From Macrostomum hystrix (lineage: Eukaryota > Animalia > Platyhelminthes): a stretch of 64,000 bases of DNA. Positions within the stretch are counted from its first letter, which is position 1; each line of letters begins with the position of its first letter. The DNA lies in assembly GCA_950097015.1 (NCBI GenBank), contig CATNEN010000038.1, positions 31,806,001 through 31,870,000 on the forward strand, given 5' to 3'. A model generated the notes under the pieces. It saw only the letters and a program-made list of their open reading frames with translations, was not told the origin of the DNA and ran no database searches. Both the position numbers and the translations under genes were made by a program. Shown one piece after another: positions 11,700 to 25,600 of the stretch.

Positions 11700-14600
11700 T
11701 CTGGTTTAGCAATGATTCAAACGCTGGGTTAGCCATGATTCAAACTCTGGTTTTGCCATGATTCAAACTCTGGTTTAGCCATGATTCAAACTCTGGTTTA
11801 GCCATGATTCAGAATCTAGTTTAGCCATGATTCAGACGCTGGTTTAGCTATGATTCAAACTCTGGTTTAGCCATGATTCAGACGCTGGTTTAGCTATGAT
11901 TTAAACTCTGGTTTAGCCATGATTCAGACTCTGGTGTAGCCATGATTCAGACTCTGGTTTAGCCATGATTCAGACTCTGGTGTAGCCATGATTCAGACTC
12001 TGGTTTAGCCATGATTCAGACTCTGGTGTAGCCATGATTCAGACTCTGGTGTAGCCATGATTCAGACTCTGGTTTAGCCATGATTCAGACTCTGGTTTAG
12101 CCATGATTCAGACTCCGGTGTAGCCATGATTCAGACTCTGGTTTAGCCATGATTCAAACTCTGTTTTAGCTATGATTCAAACTCTGGTTTTGCCATGATT
12201 CAGACGCTTGTTTAGCTATGATTCAAACTCTGGTTTAGCTATGAGCCATGATTCAGACTCTGGTGTAGCCATGAATCAGACTCTGGTTTAGCCATGATTC
12301 AAACTCTGGTTTAGCTATGATTTAAACTCTGGTTTTGCCATGATTCAAACTCTGGTTTAGCCATGATTCAGACTCTGGTTTAGCCATGATTCAGACTCTG
12401 GTTTAGCCATGATTCAAACTCTGGTTTAGCCATGATTCAGACTCTGGTTTAGCCATGATTCAGACTCTGGTTTAGCCATGATTCAAACTCTGGTTTAGCC
12501 ATGATTCAGACTCTGGTTTAGCCATGATTCAGACTCTGGTTTAGCTATGATTCAGACGCTGGTTTAGCCATGATTCAAACGATGGTTTAGCCATGCTGAT
12601 GATGATGGTTTAGCCATTATTCAGACTCTGGTTTAGCTATGATTCAGACTCTGGTTTAGCCATGATTCAAACTCTGGTTTAGCCATGATTCAGACTCTGG
12701 TTTAGCCATGATTCAGACTCTGGTTTAGCTATGATTCAGACTCTGGTTTAGCCATGATTCAAACTCTGGTTTAGCCATGATTCAGACTCTGGTTTAGCTA
12801 TGATTCAGACTCTGGTTTAGCCATGATTCAAACTCTGGTTTAGCCATGATTCAGACTCTGGTTTAGCCATGATTCAGACTCTGGTTTAGCTATGAGCCAT
12901 GATTCAGACTCTGGTTTAGCCATGATTCAGACTCTGGTTTAGCTATGATTCAGACTCTGGTTTAGCCATGATTCAGACTCTGGTTTAGCCATGATTCAGA
13001 CTCTGGTTTAGCTATGATTCAGACTCTGGTTTAGCCATGATTCAGACTCTGGTTTAGCTATGATTCAGACTCTGGTTTAGCCTTGATTCAGACTCTGGTT
13101 TAGCCATGATTCAGACTCTGGTTTAGCCATGATTCAGACGCTGGTTTAGCCATGATTGAAACTCTGGTTTAGCCATGCTGATGATGATGGTTTAGCCATG
13201 ATTCAGACTCTGGTTTAACCATGATTCAAACTCTGGTGTAGCCATGATTTAGTCTCTGGTTTAGCCATGATTTAAACTCTGGTTTAGCCATGATTCAGAC
13301 TCTGGTTTAGCCATGATTCAGACTCTGGTTTAGCTATGATTCAGACTCTGGTTTAGCCATGATTCAAACTCTGGTTTAGCCATGATTCAGACTCTGGTTT
13401 AGCTATGATTCAGACTCTGGTTTAGCCATGATTCAAACTCTGGTTTAGCCATGATTCAGACTCTGGTTTAGCTATGATTCAGACTCTGGTGTAGCCATGA
13501 TTCAGACTCTGGTTTAGCCATGATTCAGACTCTGGTTTAGCCATGATTCAGACTCTGGTTTAGCCATGATTCAGACTCTGGTTTAGCTATGATTCAGACT
13601 CTGGTTTAGCCATGATCCAGACTCTGGTTTAGCCATGCTGATGATGATGGTTTAGCCATGATTCAGACTCTGGTTTAGCTATGATTCAGACTCTGGTGTA
13701 GCCATGATTCAGACTCTGGTTTAGCCATGATTCAGACTCTGGTTTAGCTATGATTCAGACTCTGGTTTAGCCATGATTCAGACTCTGGTGTAGCCATGAT
13801 TCAGACTCTGGTTTAGCCATGATTCAGACTCTGGTTTAGCCATGATCCAGACTCTGGTTTAGCCATGATTCAGACGCTGGTTTAGCCATGATTGAAACTC
13901 TGGTTTAGCCATGCTGATGATGATGGTTTAGCCATGATTCAGACTCTGGTTTAACCATGATTCAAACTCTGGTGTAGCCATGATTCAGACTCTGGTTTAG
14001 CCATGATTTAAACTCTGGTTTAGCCATGATTCAGACTCTGGTTTAGCCATGATTCAGACTCTGGTTTAGCTATGATTCAGACTCTGGTTTAGCCATGATT
14101 CAAACTCTGGTTTAGCCATGATTCAGACTCTGGTTTAGCTATGATTCAGACTCTGGTTTAGCCATGATTCAAACTCTGGTTTAGCCATGATTCAGACTCT
14201 GGTTTAGCCATGATTCAGACTCTGGTTTAGCTATGAGCCATGATTCAGACTCTGGTTTAGCCATGATTCAGACTCTGGTTTAGCTATGATTCAGACTCTG
14301 GTTTAGCCATGATTCAGACTCTGGTTTAGCCATGATTCAGACTCTGGTTTAGCTATGATTCAGACTCTGGTTTAGCCATGATTCAGACTCTGGTTTAGCT
14401 ATGATTCAGACTCTGGTTTAGCCTTGATTCAGACTCTGGTTTAGCCATGATTCAGACTCTGGTTTAGCCATGATTCAGACGCTGGTTTAGCCATGATTGA
14501 AACTCTGGTTTAGCCATGCTGATGATGATGGTTTAGCCATGATTCAGACTCTGGTTTAACCATGATTCAAACTCTGGTGTAGCCATGATTTAGTCTCTGG

Positions 14601-15457
14601 TTTAGCCATGATTTAAACTCTGGTTTAGCCATGATTCAGACTCTGGTTTAGCCATGATTCAGACTCTGGTTTAGCTATGATTCAGACTCTGGTTTAGCCA
14701 TGATTCAAACTCTGGTTTAGCCATGATTCAGACTCTGGTTTAGCTATGATTCAGACTCTGGTTTAGCCATGATTCAAACTCTGGTTTAGCCATGATTCAG
14801 ACTCTGGTTTAGCTATGATTCAGACTCTGGTGTAGCCATGATTCAGACTCTGGTTTAGCCATGATTCAGACTCTGGTTTAGCCATGATTCAGACTCTGGT
14901 TTAGCCATGATTCAGACTCTGGTTTAGCTATGATTCAGACTCTGGTTTAGCCATGATCCAGACTCTGGTTTAGCCATGCTGATGATGATGGTTTAGCCAT
15001 GATTCAGACTCTGGTTTAACCATGATTCAAACTCTGGTGTAGCCATGATTCAGACTCTGGTTTAGCCATGATTTAAACTTTGGTTTAGCCATGATTCAGA
15101 CTCTGGTTTAGCCATGATTCAGACTCTGGTTTAGCTATGATTCAGACTCTGGTTTAGCCATGATTCAAACTCTGGTTTAGCCATGATTCAGACTCTGGTT
15201 TAGCCATGATTCAAACTCTGGTTTAGCCATGATTCAGACTCTGGTTTAGCCATGATTCAAACTCTGGTTTAGCCATGATTCAAACTCTGGTTTAGCTATG
15301 ATTCAGACTCTGGTTTAGCCATGATTCAAACTCTGGTTTAGCCATGATTCAGACTCTGGTTTAGCCATGATTCAGACTCTGGTTTAGCTATGATTCAGAC
15401 TCTGGTTTAGCCATGATTCAGACTCTGGTTTAGCCATGATTCAAACTCTGGTTTAGC
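11700..15457. repeat. 23-bp satellite (ATGATTCAGACTCTGGTTTAGCC)n with higher-order structure
   Basis: About 3.75-kb tandem array; rare variant units recur at a 1341-bp offset. Confidence 0.97.
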
Positions 15458-18400
15458 AGGTGTGCTAGTATTTATGATATTTTATTTACGAAATGAAAAA
15501 AATAAATTAAAAAAATCTTCAATCACTACTTGGCTGAAAATTAGTCTAAATGATTTGACGCAGTGCAGAATCGAACCCTAGCCTAGCCTAACCTATTCCT
15601 AGTGCCTACACATCGGCTATTCCGACTGTTGGTTAGTGGGTGCAGAAATCAGCCTTATAAAATGAATTCTCAAAGTTCTGGCTTTGTACAATGAAGTAAG
15701 AAAATAGAGTACACTCAGTCTCGCGGTTGGTTGTGTACATTTATTTCCAATTTGTCTCCAGAGTGCAGGCTTCAAATTCAATCAGCTAGGGGTTGTTGCG
15801 CAATTTGACGATGCAATTCTAATTCAGTGGCAGTGAGTAAAATTCTCAATAGGCCAAGATGGTTTGACCTTTGACAAAATCATGTTTTTCGAATATTTAA
15901 TCCCCTTAGCAATGGAGTTAAGCTTAATAAAAATACGTGTAAAATTCTGCCCATATTTCGCATATTTTGGTGAAGAAATGGTGAAAATCGGTTGAGCCGT
16001 TCGGGAGAAAATCAATTACAACCAAGTAAGTAAATAAACAGTTCATTTTTAGTATATTAGAGTTAGGAATATCTTAGAAACTAAAAAATATTTAAAAAAT
16101 TGCTTGGTATAACAAAGCATTACTTATACTACCTGAAAAGCCTTGTTGTATAAAAACACTTTAAGCAGTAAGCTTAAGTGAAGCTTGAATTAGATAAAAA
16201 GGAATCTTGCATAACTAGAAGGTGTGCCATATTTTTTCTAAGAACACAGCAAATCGGTGAGGCAGATCGTGAACAAATTATGGCATTTTGATTATTCGTC
16301 CGGTTAACCGGACAAATAGACTGACCAAAAGCTAGCCGCACCTCAGCCGCATCGATTTTGAAAGCAGCTTGGGCCAGCAATAAAACCCATCAAATTTCAT
16401 TAAACTAATCAAAATTTCTCTGGGCCACACATTTCCAATTAAGCCAGACATGTATGAAAAAAAATTGAGGTGATTAAACTCAGACCATATGCGGCTGGCA
16501 TGCGGCTGAGCTCTAGTGCTCTTGGCTTAAAAGGGAATCCAAAACCAAAACCAAAAACCAAAACCAAAACCAAAACCAAACTTTAAACCAAAACTTTAAA
16601 ACCAAAACTTTAGGTTTTCGGTGTTGACTATATCTCCTGCATCTTGCTATACTGAGTAAATTTGACATTTTAAAAGCCTTAAGTTTTGAAGGGAATCAGA
16701 TTCAAGGACCACTGTAGTATAACTACAGTGTAGTATAACTATTTATTTATTAATTAAATATTTATTTACAATCTACTATTTATGAAATAAATAAATAAGT
16801 ATATTAAGAGGCAATATATTAAGATATATATATATATAAACAAAGACATAGTTGTTCCTTGATCCAGGCATTGGTCTGTCGGCAACCTAAAATTATATAT
16901 AGATAGCATATAGATCAATTGCCCTTTTAGTTAGATAAGTTAGCTTTTAGTTTCCTAATTTGCCAGGGACTCAGCTAACTCAACAATGGATTTATATGAT
17001 AAACATTTCTAAGAAACGATGCCTACATGAATTTTACCACCACTTTGACATCAGTGGTTGACAGCAGTCACTGTTAACCGGTTAACCGGACAAATAATCA
17101 AATGGCTATTTGTCTGGTTAACCGGACGAATAATCAAATGGCTATTTGTCCGGTTAACCGGACGAATAATCAAACGGCTATTTGTCCGGTAATAAGAACT
17201 ATCACAAATTATATGGTAATGATGCTGAATTACAATCCAGATTTACAGATTTAATAATTATGAATAAGAAGATTAACCACTTTCATTCTTTATCGTGCTT
17301 TCCACTTTCTTGTATCTCGACTTGTACCAGTTTAGTTCTCAACTTCTGTGCTTTGGCCAGCCTAATTCTGTGCCAAAATGCACTGTAGTTGCTCTTGTCG
17401 TGCCAGTATACCTTACCCTTATCGATGGTCCGATTTTTTATTTAAATCCTGCTGCAGTCCAAATCCATTTTTTGCTTTTGGTTTTTTAGTTTTTTAGGTT
17501 GAGCTAAAATTCTATTTCTTAATTTGGTACAATGGTACATGGTCATGTAATTAAACATCTAAATACAGGGTTTCTAGACACTTCTAGACCTAAATGGTTA
17601 GGTCTAACAAAGTTATTTTGTTGTTATATGCATTTTTATAGTAGTCAGACAGTAACTAACCAACTAAATATTTTATTTGCTTATTGCACTAGCTATTTGT
17701 CATAACCTCACACAGCACTCTTTGTTTGTTGTATGTGCACTCAAGTGGGACATGCACCCACCCCAATTTGGTATATATTTGGTATATAAAGAGAAAAATA
17801 TAATGCAATCTTTAACCCTGTTACCCCTGTTGGACCTGCTTTGCGTTCAATATGTTTTCAATGTTTTGCTGTATTCCACTATTTTATTTCTATTTCTATA
17901 TTATATTTCTATTTCTATTTCTATTTCTATATTATATTTCTATTTCTATTTCTATATAAGCAATTTATTTCTATATTCTATTCTATTCTAATCTATTCTA
18001 TTTCTATATAAGCAATTCCACTTCCTACCTCTTTCCCTGTTTCCATATAAAAAACCGAGTTCCTTAGTTATTTTCCTAATAAGAGAAAACAGTTAGATAA
18101 CTTTGCCTTCCCAATCCTCTCCCAAAGATATCTCGTCGGCCTTTTTTTCCCGAATCCACCCTATTATATGATCCCTTTGAAATCCTAAATATAAAGTCGT
18201 AAAATCCCATCTAAAAGTCCACCTGAAGTCTATCTGAAGTCCACCTAAGGTTCCCTAAATACCCCCTTGAAGTCCCTAAACTCCGCCTTTATCCCCCTAA
18301 TGAAACTGTACTAATTCCGGACCCCATAGAGAAAAGTAAGTGAGGGTGCGAAGGACATTCACCAGGCAACTTCGATCCATCCTGATACGCCCCACGGACT

Positions 18401-18970
18401 GTGTGCCCCAGATCAGTGACCTTAGCCCTCGTGCCAACAGCAGTCGATTCTTCTCCCATTGTTAGTAGCTAGTGTCTTGCCGCTCGGGCATTAGCGCTAC
18501 CTTAGGTATAACCCGAACAGCATGGAAAATACGTATTCTCACCCTCATAACTTACGCTACCACCCCCCAAATACTCAGCTCACCAATCCCAAATCCAAAA
18601 AATAGAGAGAGAGCTGAGAGGTCTGCTACAAATGTTTGAGCTATGAGCTAGATGCTCTGCCTGTGGCATTGTTGTAGTTATTGTGCTTTGCTTCATAAGT
18701 CTGTACACTCGTAATGCTGTTCAATCAGCTAAACAAACTCCTATCCTTTACACTGTTGGTTCTTGTACCCAATGTACAGCTGGGTAATAATGATAATAAT
18801 AAACAATAATTTTTTGTGCTTGAACCATATAGCTAACTAGATGTTTATCCATTCACACTGAACACTATTTCCAGTCCAGGTGAAACAGTATGTCAGGTGC
18901 TTGAACCATATAGCTAACTAGATGTTTATCCATTCACACTGAACACTATTTCCAGTCCAGGTGAAACAGT

Positions 18971-19252
18971 ATGTCAGGTGCATCAATCAAGCTAGTCCGT
19001 CATCTAAAAGAGTTGCGCATTCATCTGTGCCAACGCTCGCCAGCTAGCCAGGGCGCCAGAGATTTCATCTCGCGTCACTATGTGGCATTGAAAAATGCCA
19101 ATCCTAGTGTTCCAATCCTAGTGCGCGAGTGCAGCAACGCCCCGGCAACGCTGTATGCTCGCTATGAGCGTGGCCGAGAGCTGTCATTTGATCTGAGCAA
19201 TAGCAACGGTGATCAAGTGCTGCAGACTTTGGCTCAGCGGGCTAATCAATAA
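18971..19252 (+). CDS. NDUFA2: NADH dehydrogenase (ubiquinone) 1 alpha subcomplex subunit 2 (B8)
   Basis: 93-aa single-exon ORF with LKELRIHLCQRSPASQGARDFI..YVALKNANPSVPILVREC..LYARYERGRE; AATAAA at 19387. Confidence 0.95.
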   Translation: MSGASIKLVRHLKELRIHLCQRSPASQGARDFISRHYVALKNANPSVPILVRECSNAPATLYARYERGRELSFDLSNSNGDQVLQTLAQRANQ

Positions 19253-19637
19253 ATGGGCCTACCTGATCTGAGATTAATTGACAAGTTCAATTAGAAGTTT
19301 GTTTTTTATTTTAATTGTAACCATCAAGACTTGTAAATGTAATCTAATAGATCTAGGTTAGAAACTATTTATTGTAGTCCAGACAAAATAAATAAAAACT
19401 ATTAATAACAGCCATTAAAAGTTCTGAAATATATTGAAAGCAACATTGTTAGCTTAGCGAAAACTTGTTAACTTAAAATTTAACGTAGTAGGATGTACCT
19501 TATTCGCTGTAATGTTTACTGTGCACTTCTTTAAATCATTTTAATTAAATATCAACTTCCTTAATAGTTCTAGATTTCCCCAAATTTCATAAGTTGTATA
19601 AAATTCCAATAAACTTTACTACATTTTTTCAAGTTGC

Positions 19638-22600
19638 ATGGATTTAGACTATCAGTATCAGCAGCAGCAGCAGCAGCTTCTACAGGACACTATTCTTCAC
19701 GTTATTTACTCGCACGAATTAGAAAAGTGCAATCTCAAACTCAAAGTCGGCTGTTTAGAAGGCTGCCAACCGAACGGACTGGCCGCTTCGCCCGAAGCAG
19801 CTCTGGAGGATGCGCTGTTAAATTTTCACGGCGATGCGCCCTACGTGACCTTGGAGTTGTACTCGGAGGGTCGCCGACTCACCCTGCCAAGGCAGACTCA
19901 ACGAGCTGTGGTTGGCAAATTATCTGGCGATCGGCGAGGCCCGTACTCTTGGAACGAATGGCTGACAGTTCCAGCCGCCGTGGCTTCGCTTCCACGCGAC
20001 GCCTGCTTGTGCCTGACTGTCTGGGATGTCTATGGCACTTGCCGGTAAGGCATTCAGAATCGTTTCTCTGGAATTCCGTATCATTTCTTTGGTATTCGGT
20101 ATCATTTCTCAAGAATTCGGTATCATTTCTCTGGAATTCGGTATCATTTCTCTGGAATTCGGTATCGTTTCTCTGGAATTCCGTATCATTTCTTTGGTAT
20201 TCGGTAGCATTTCTCTGGAATTCTGTATCAATTCTCTGGAATTCGGTATCAATTCTCTGGAATTCTGTATCAATTCTCTGGAATTCCGTATCATTTCTTT
20301 GGTATTCGGTATCATTTCTCTGGAATTCTGTATCAATTCTCTGGAATTCTGTATCAATTCTCTGGAATTCTGTATCAATTCTCTGGAATTCGGTATCAAT
20401 TCTCTGGAATTCGGTATCATTTCTCAAGAATTCGGTATCATTTCTCAAGAATTCGGTATCATTTCTCTGGAATTCTGTATCAATTCTCTGGAATTCGGTA
20501 TCAATTCTCTGGAATTCGGTATCATTTCTCAAGAATTCGGTATCATTTCTCAAGAATTCGGTATCATTTCTCAAGAATTCGGTATCATTTCTCTGGAATT
20601 CGGTATCATTTCTCTGGAATTCGGTATCATTTCTCTGGAATTCGGTATCATTTCTCTGGAATTCGGTATCATTTCTCAAGAATTCGGTATCATTTCTCAA
20701 GAATTCGGTATCATTTCTCTGGAATTCTGTATCAATTCTCTGGAATTAGGTATCATTTATTCCGCAATTCCAGCCGCAGGCCAATCGGTGGCAGCTGTAT
20801 TTCTGTATTCAGCAAGCGCGGTCAGATGCGGCGCGGCATGTACGAGCTGGTTGTGTGGCCTGGCCAATCAGCGGAGCCGGGCGTCACAGTAGGCAAAGTT
20901 GGCAAGACCAGCTATCCGGAATTGTCGCGATTATTAAAAGTGCGAAAACGCTACGCCGAGGGTAGCATAAATCGCATCGATTGGCAGGACCAGCTGGCGC
21001 TGAAGGATCTGGAGGTGCGCATTGTGGCTGAGAAGAGACGTCGCGGTGGCCTGCTGTTTCTGAATGTCACTTTTCAAAAGTTTCTGTTGGACTCCATAGA
21101 GCACTCGGTCGTGTACTTTGAGAGGGATGCGCATCGTATGCTTCCTCAGGTAAGGCTCGCTAACTCTGTTATTGATTATCTAGTCTCACCCTATCAAATA
21201 TCTAGTCTCACCCTATCAAATATCTAGTCTCACCCTATCAAATATCTAGTCTCACCCTATCAAATATCTAGTCTCACCCTATCAAATATCTAGTCTCACC
21301 CTATCAAATATCTAGTCTCACCCTATCAAATATCTAGTCTCACCCTATCAAATATCTAGTCTCACCCAATAGAATATCTAGTCTCACCCTATCGATTTTC
21401 TAGTCTCAGGTTTAACGTGGCTTCATATCCAATGCTATCCCTATCTACCAAAGCAGGCCGGGCCAAGCGATCTGGTGGTGTGCTCGGACCCAGACGTAAA
21501 CGCCAGCAATCTCTCCGAGGAGAAGCACCACGCCATCGAGCGCGGAGTCTCTCGGGGCGCATTCGACCGCGAGCGGAAGCCGAACGCCACCGAGCGCGAC
21601 CTGCTCCACGCCATCATGGCTTATCCGCCTCACCGCGAGATCACAATGGACGAGCGAGACCTAGTTTGGAAATATCGCTACTATTTGAGTAGATTTAAGC
21701 GAGCTCTGGCGAAATTTCTGCGCTGCGTCGACTTTACTAGGGCGGCCGAGGTGCAACAGGCACTCAGTCTCATGCGGGATTGGCAGGCGCTTGACTCGGC
21801 CGAGGCTCTGGAGCTTCTGTCGCCAGACTTTCGTCATCCGGCTGTCAGGCATTATGCTGTTAGTAGGCTGGCGAAATCGCCTTCGGAGGAACTGGTAAGC
21901 TTGACCGATTTCATGGAACCTGGTAATAATGCTTGTCTGGTCATTTCGACCCCCAGTCACCAAGCCATGACCATTTTGACATCGAGAGACCAAGCCATGA
22001 CCATTTTGACCTCCAGTGACCAACTTATGAACATTTTGACCTCCAGTGATCAACTTATGAACATTTTGACCTCCAGTGACCAATTTATGACGTTTTTACC
22101 TCCAGTGACCAACTTATGACCGTTTTTACCTCCAGCGACCAACTTATGACCGTTTTTACCTCCAGTGACCTAGCCGTTACCATTTTGACCTCCTATGACC
22201 AACCCATGACTATTTTCACCCCCTATGACCAACCATGACTATTTTCACCTCCTATGACCAACCCATGACTATTTTCACCCCCTATGACCAACCCATGACT
22301 ATTTTCACCTCCTATGACCAACCCATGCTATTTTCACCCCCTATGACCAACCCATGACTATTTTCACCTCCTATGACCAACCCATGACAATTTTCACCTC
22401 CTATGACCAAGACATGACCCTTCTGAAGTGTTCTGACCATTCTGACATTCTGTGATCCAGTCTAAACGCACCATGTGACATTTTTTTTACCTTTTTGATG
22501 ATTCTATGACACTTTCGATTAACAGTGACTAATACATATTTTTTATACCGAAAAGGTATAAATTTGCAAATTATGAGCAAATCAATGACCAAACCATGAC

Positions 22601-25600
22601 TTTTTTAAAAAATCATCAATAAAAATAAAAATGGTTCACCTGCCATTTTAACAGCTACTGTACCTGCCCCAGCTGGTCCAGGCTTTGCGCTACGAATATC
22701 AGAAGCCCGTTGCCAAAGTCGATTCGCCGACTTCAACAGCAGCAACAGCCGCGTCTAAGAAGCCAGTTTCTCAGCAACAGCAGCCGATTGAGCAGCAGCA
22801 GCAGCTGCAGTCGCCGCCAAGTCAGAAGAGTGCCACAAACTCAATAGTAGGCGTTGAGCACCTGCTCACTGAAGCCCTAGCCGATGAAGAACACCTGGCC
22901 AGTTATCGTCGTCCAACTGGGCCGGACGAGCCGCTTACAAACTTTCTCATCGATCACTGCTGCCGTAGGAATGGGGCCAGGCTTGCTCAGCTGTTCTATT
23001 GGTACCTCACTGTGGAAGCTGAGGATGCTAGCGATGGAGAGAAATTCTTTGGACAGGTGATTCTTATTGGGTGTACAATTCATTATACAATTACCTCTCA
23101 TCAACTCATGACCAAACCTTACACTATAACCCCAATTTTCAACCAATCACTCAACCTTTGATCACTGAGCCAACCCTTTAACAATGGCCCAAGCCTCTAT
23201 CAATTACCCCCTCACAATGACCCAAGCCTCTATCAATTACCCCCCACAATGACCCAAGCCTCTATCAATTACCCCTCACAATGACCCAAGCCTCTATCAA
23301 TTACCCCCTCACAATGACCCAAGCCTCTATCAATTACCCCCTCACAATGACCCAAGCCTCTATCAATTACCTCCCGCAATGACCCAAGCCTCTATCAATT
23401 ACCCCCTCACAATGACCCAAGCCTCTATCAATTACCCCCTCACAATGACCCAAGCCTCTATCAATTACCCCCCCGCAATGACCCAAGCCTCTATCAATTA
23501 CCCCCTCACAATGACCCAAGCCTCTATCAATTACCTCCCGCAATGACCCAAGCCTCTATCAATTACCCCCTCACAATGACCCAAGCCTCTATCAATTACC
23601 CCCCCGTAATGACCCAAGCCTCTATCAATTACCCCTCACAATGACCCAAACCTCTAATGATGACCCAATCTTGTCCGAATGACCCAGCCCTTTAACAATG
23701 CCTCAAGCAATGACCCAAATCCCTAACAATGACCCAAGCCTCTATCAATTACCCCCCCGTAATGACCCAAGCCTCTATCAATTACCCCTCACAATGACCC
23801 AAACCTCTAATGATGACCCAATCTTGTCCGAATGACCCAGCCCTTTAACAATGCCTCAAGCAATGACCCAAATCCCTAACAATGACCCAACCCTTTAACA
23901 ATGCCTCAAGCAATGACCCAAATCCCTAACAATGACCCAACCCTTTAACAATGCCTCAAGCAATGACCCAAATCCCTAACAATGACCCAACCCTTTAACA
24001 ATGACCCAAGCCTCTAACAATGACCCAATGCTGTCCGAATGACCCAAACCTCTAAGAATGACCTAATCCTTTAACAATGACCAAGCCTCTAACAATGACC
24101 CGATGCTGTCCGAATGACCCAACCGAATATTTTCATTCCAAATAACTGACACTCAGGTGCGCAGTCGGCTGCTTCAGCGCCTGAAGAATGGCAATCTGGA
24201 TCAGCGCAGCCTAGCTCTAGATCTGAAGCGGCAGGACAGATTTGTAGCCAGGCTAGCTGGCATTCTGGCCTCGGTTAATTCCGAGCGAGGCGATCGACTC
24301 AAAAAAGAAGAACTATTGCGCGCCCGCCTAGCGGAAGAATTTCCCCAGTTAGTTCCCGAGGGCAGCTCGACCTCTGCTACCAACACCGACGGGTCCCGTG
24401 GCTCGGATCGCGACTCAGTTCAGCAGCAGCAGCAGCAGCTGTCCAAGCAGGCCCTATTTCCATTCCAATTCATGCTAGACCCAGCCTACAAGGCAGTTGG
24501 TATCGACAGTCGCTCTGCTGGCCTATTTAAAAGTTCTCGAATGCCGGCTAGAATTAAATTTCTGCTGCTAGAATCGCAGCAGCAGCAGCAGCCTGGAGCC
24601 TCCGGTCGGCAGTTTCAACAGCAGCTGCCACGTCAGCTGTCCTATACAACCATCTTTAAATACGGCGACGACCTTCGTCAGGACCAGCTGGTTGTACAGA
24701 TGATTGAACTGATGGACCGACTGTTGCAAAAGGAGAATGTCGACCTGAGATTGACGCCTTACAGAGTGTTGGCAACCGGCAAGGAGTTGGGATTTGTGCA
24801 GTGCATCGATTCGGTGAGTTTTCAATTTTAGCTATATTTTTTTCATTTCATTAGATAATATTATCTAATCAACTGAGCTTATCATAGTGACCGAAAATAT
24901 TTTTTATAAATCCTCTGTAAACAGTTCGATGGAATCATTGCCACTTTTTTTATAGGATCATTATCCCCTTCTCGATGGGATTATTATCCTCTAATGGGAT
25001 TATTATCCCCTTCCAACGAGATTATTATCCCCTTTCTCGATGGGATCATTATCCCCTATTTAATAGGACTATCATTCCAAGATACCATCTGAGGCCATCA
25101 AGCGATTCGCTGAACTCATCCCAGCCCTACTCCATGGGATCATAATCCCCAGGTGCCGCTGAGCTCAGTGCAGACATCCGTGTTAAACTACCTGCGCCAA
25201 TGCGGCAGCAGTCCAGCCAGTACCTACGGTGTTCGGCCGGACATCCTTGAGAACTATATCCGGTCCTGCGCCGGCTACTGCATAGTGACCTATCTGTTAG
25301 GCGTTGGCGACCGCCACCTGGACAACCTGATGCTAACTAGAGATGGCCGCCTATTCCACATTGATTTCGGCTTCATTCTAGGCAGAGATCCCAAAGTGAT
25401 GCCGCCGCCTATGAAACTGACTGACGGCATGGTTGCAGCCATGGGCGGTCAGGATAGTCAACAGTTCATCGCCTTCCTCAAGCACTGCGACACGGCTTAC
25501 AAGAGCCTTCGCCGCCATGCTGGTCTCATTGTGAACCTATTCTCACTCATGCTAGACTCCAGTGTGCCCGAGATTGCCATGGAGCCGGATAAGACTTTGA

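Noticed and set aside
9956-11761. Many overlapping LTMIPQ / GDHCQL / WGIIVN ORFs
   Set aside because: 21-bp satellite with frame-shifting 20-bp variants; open on both strands.
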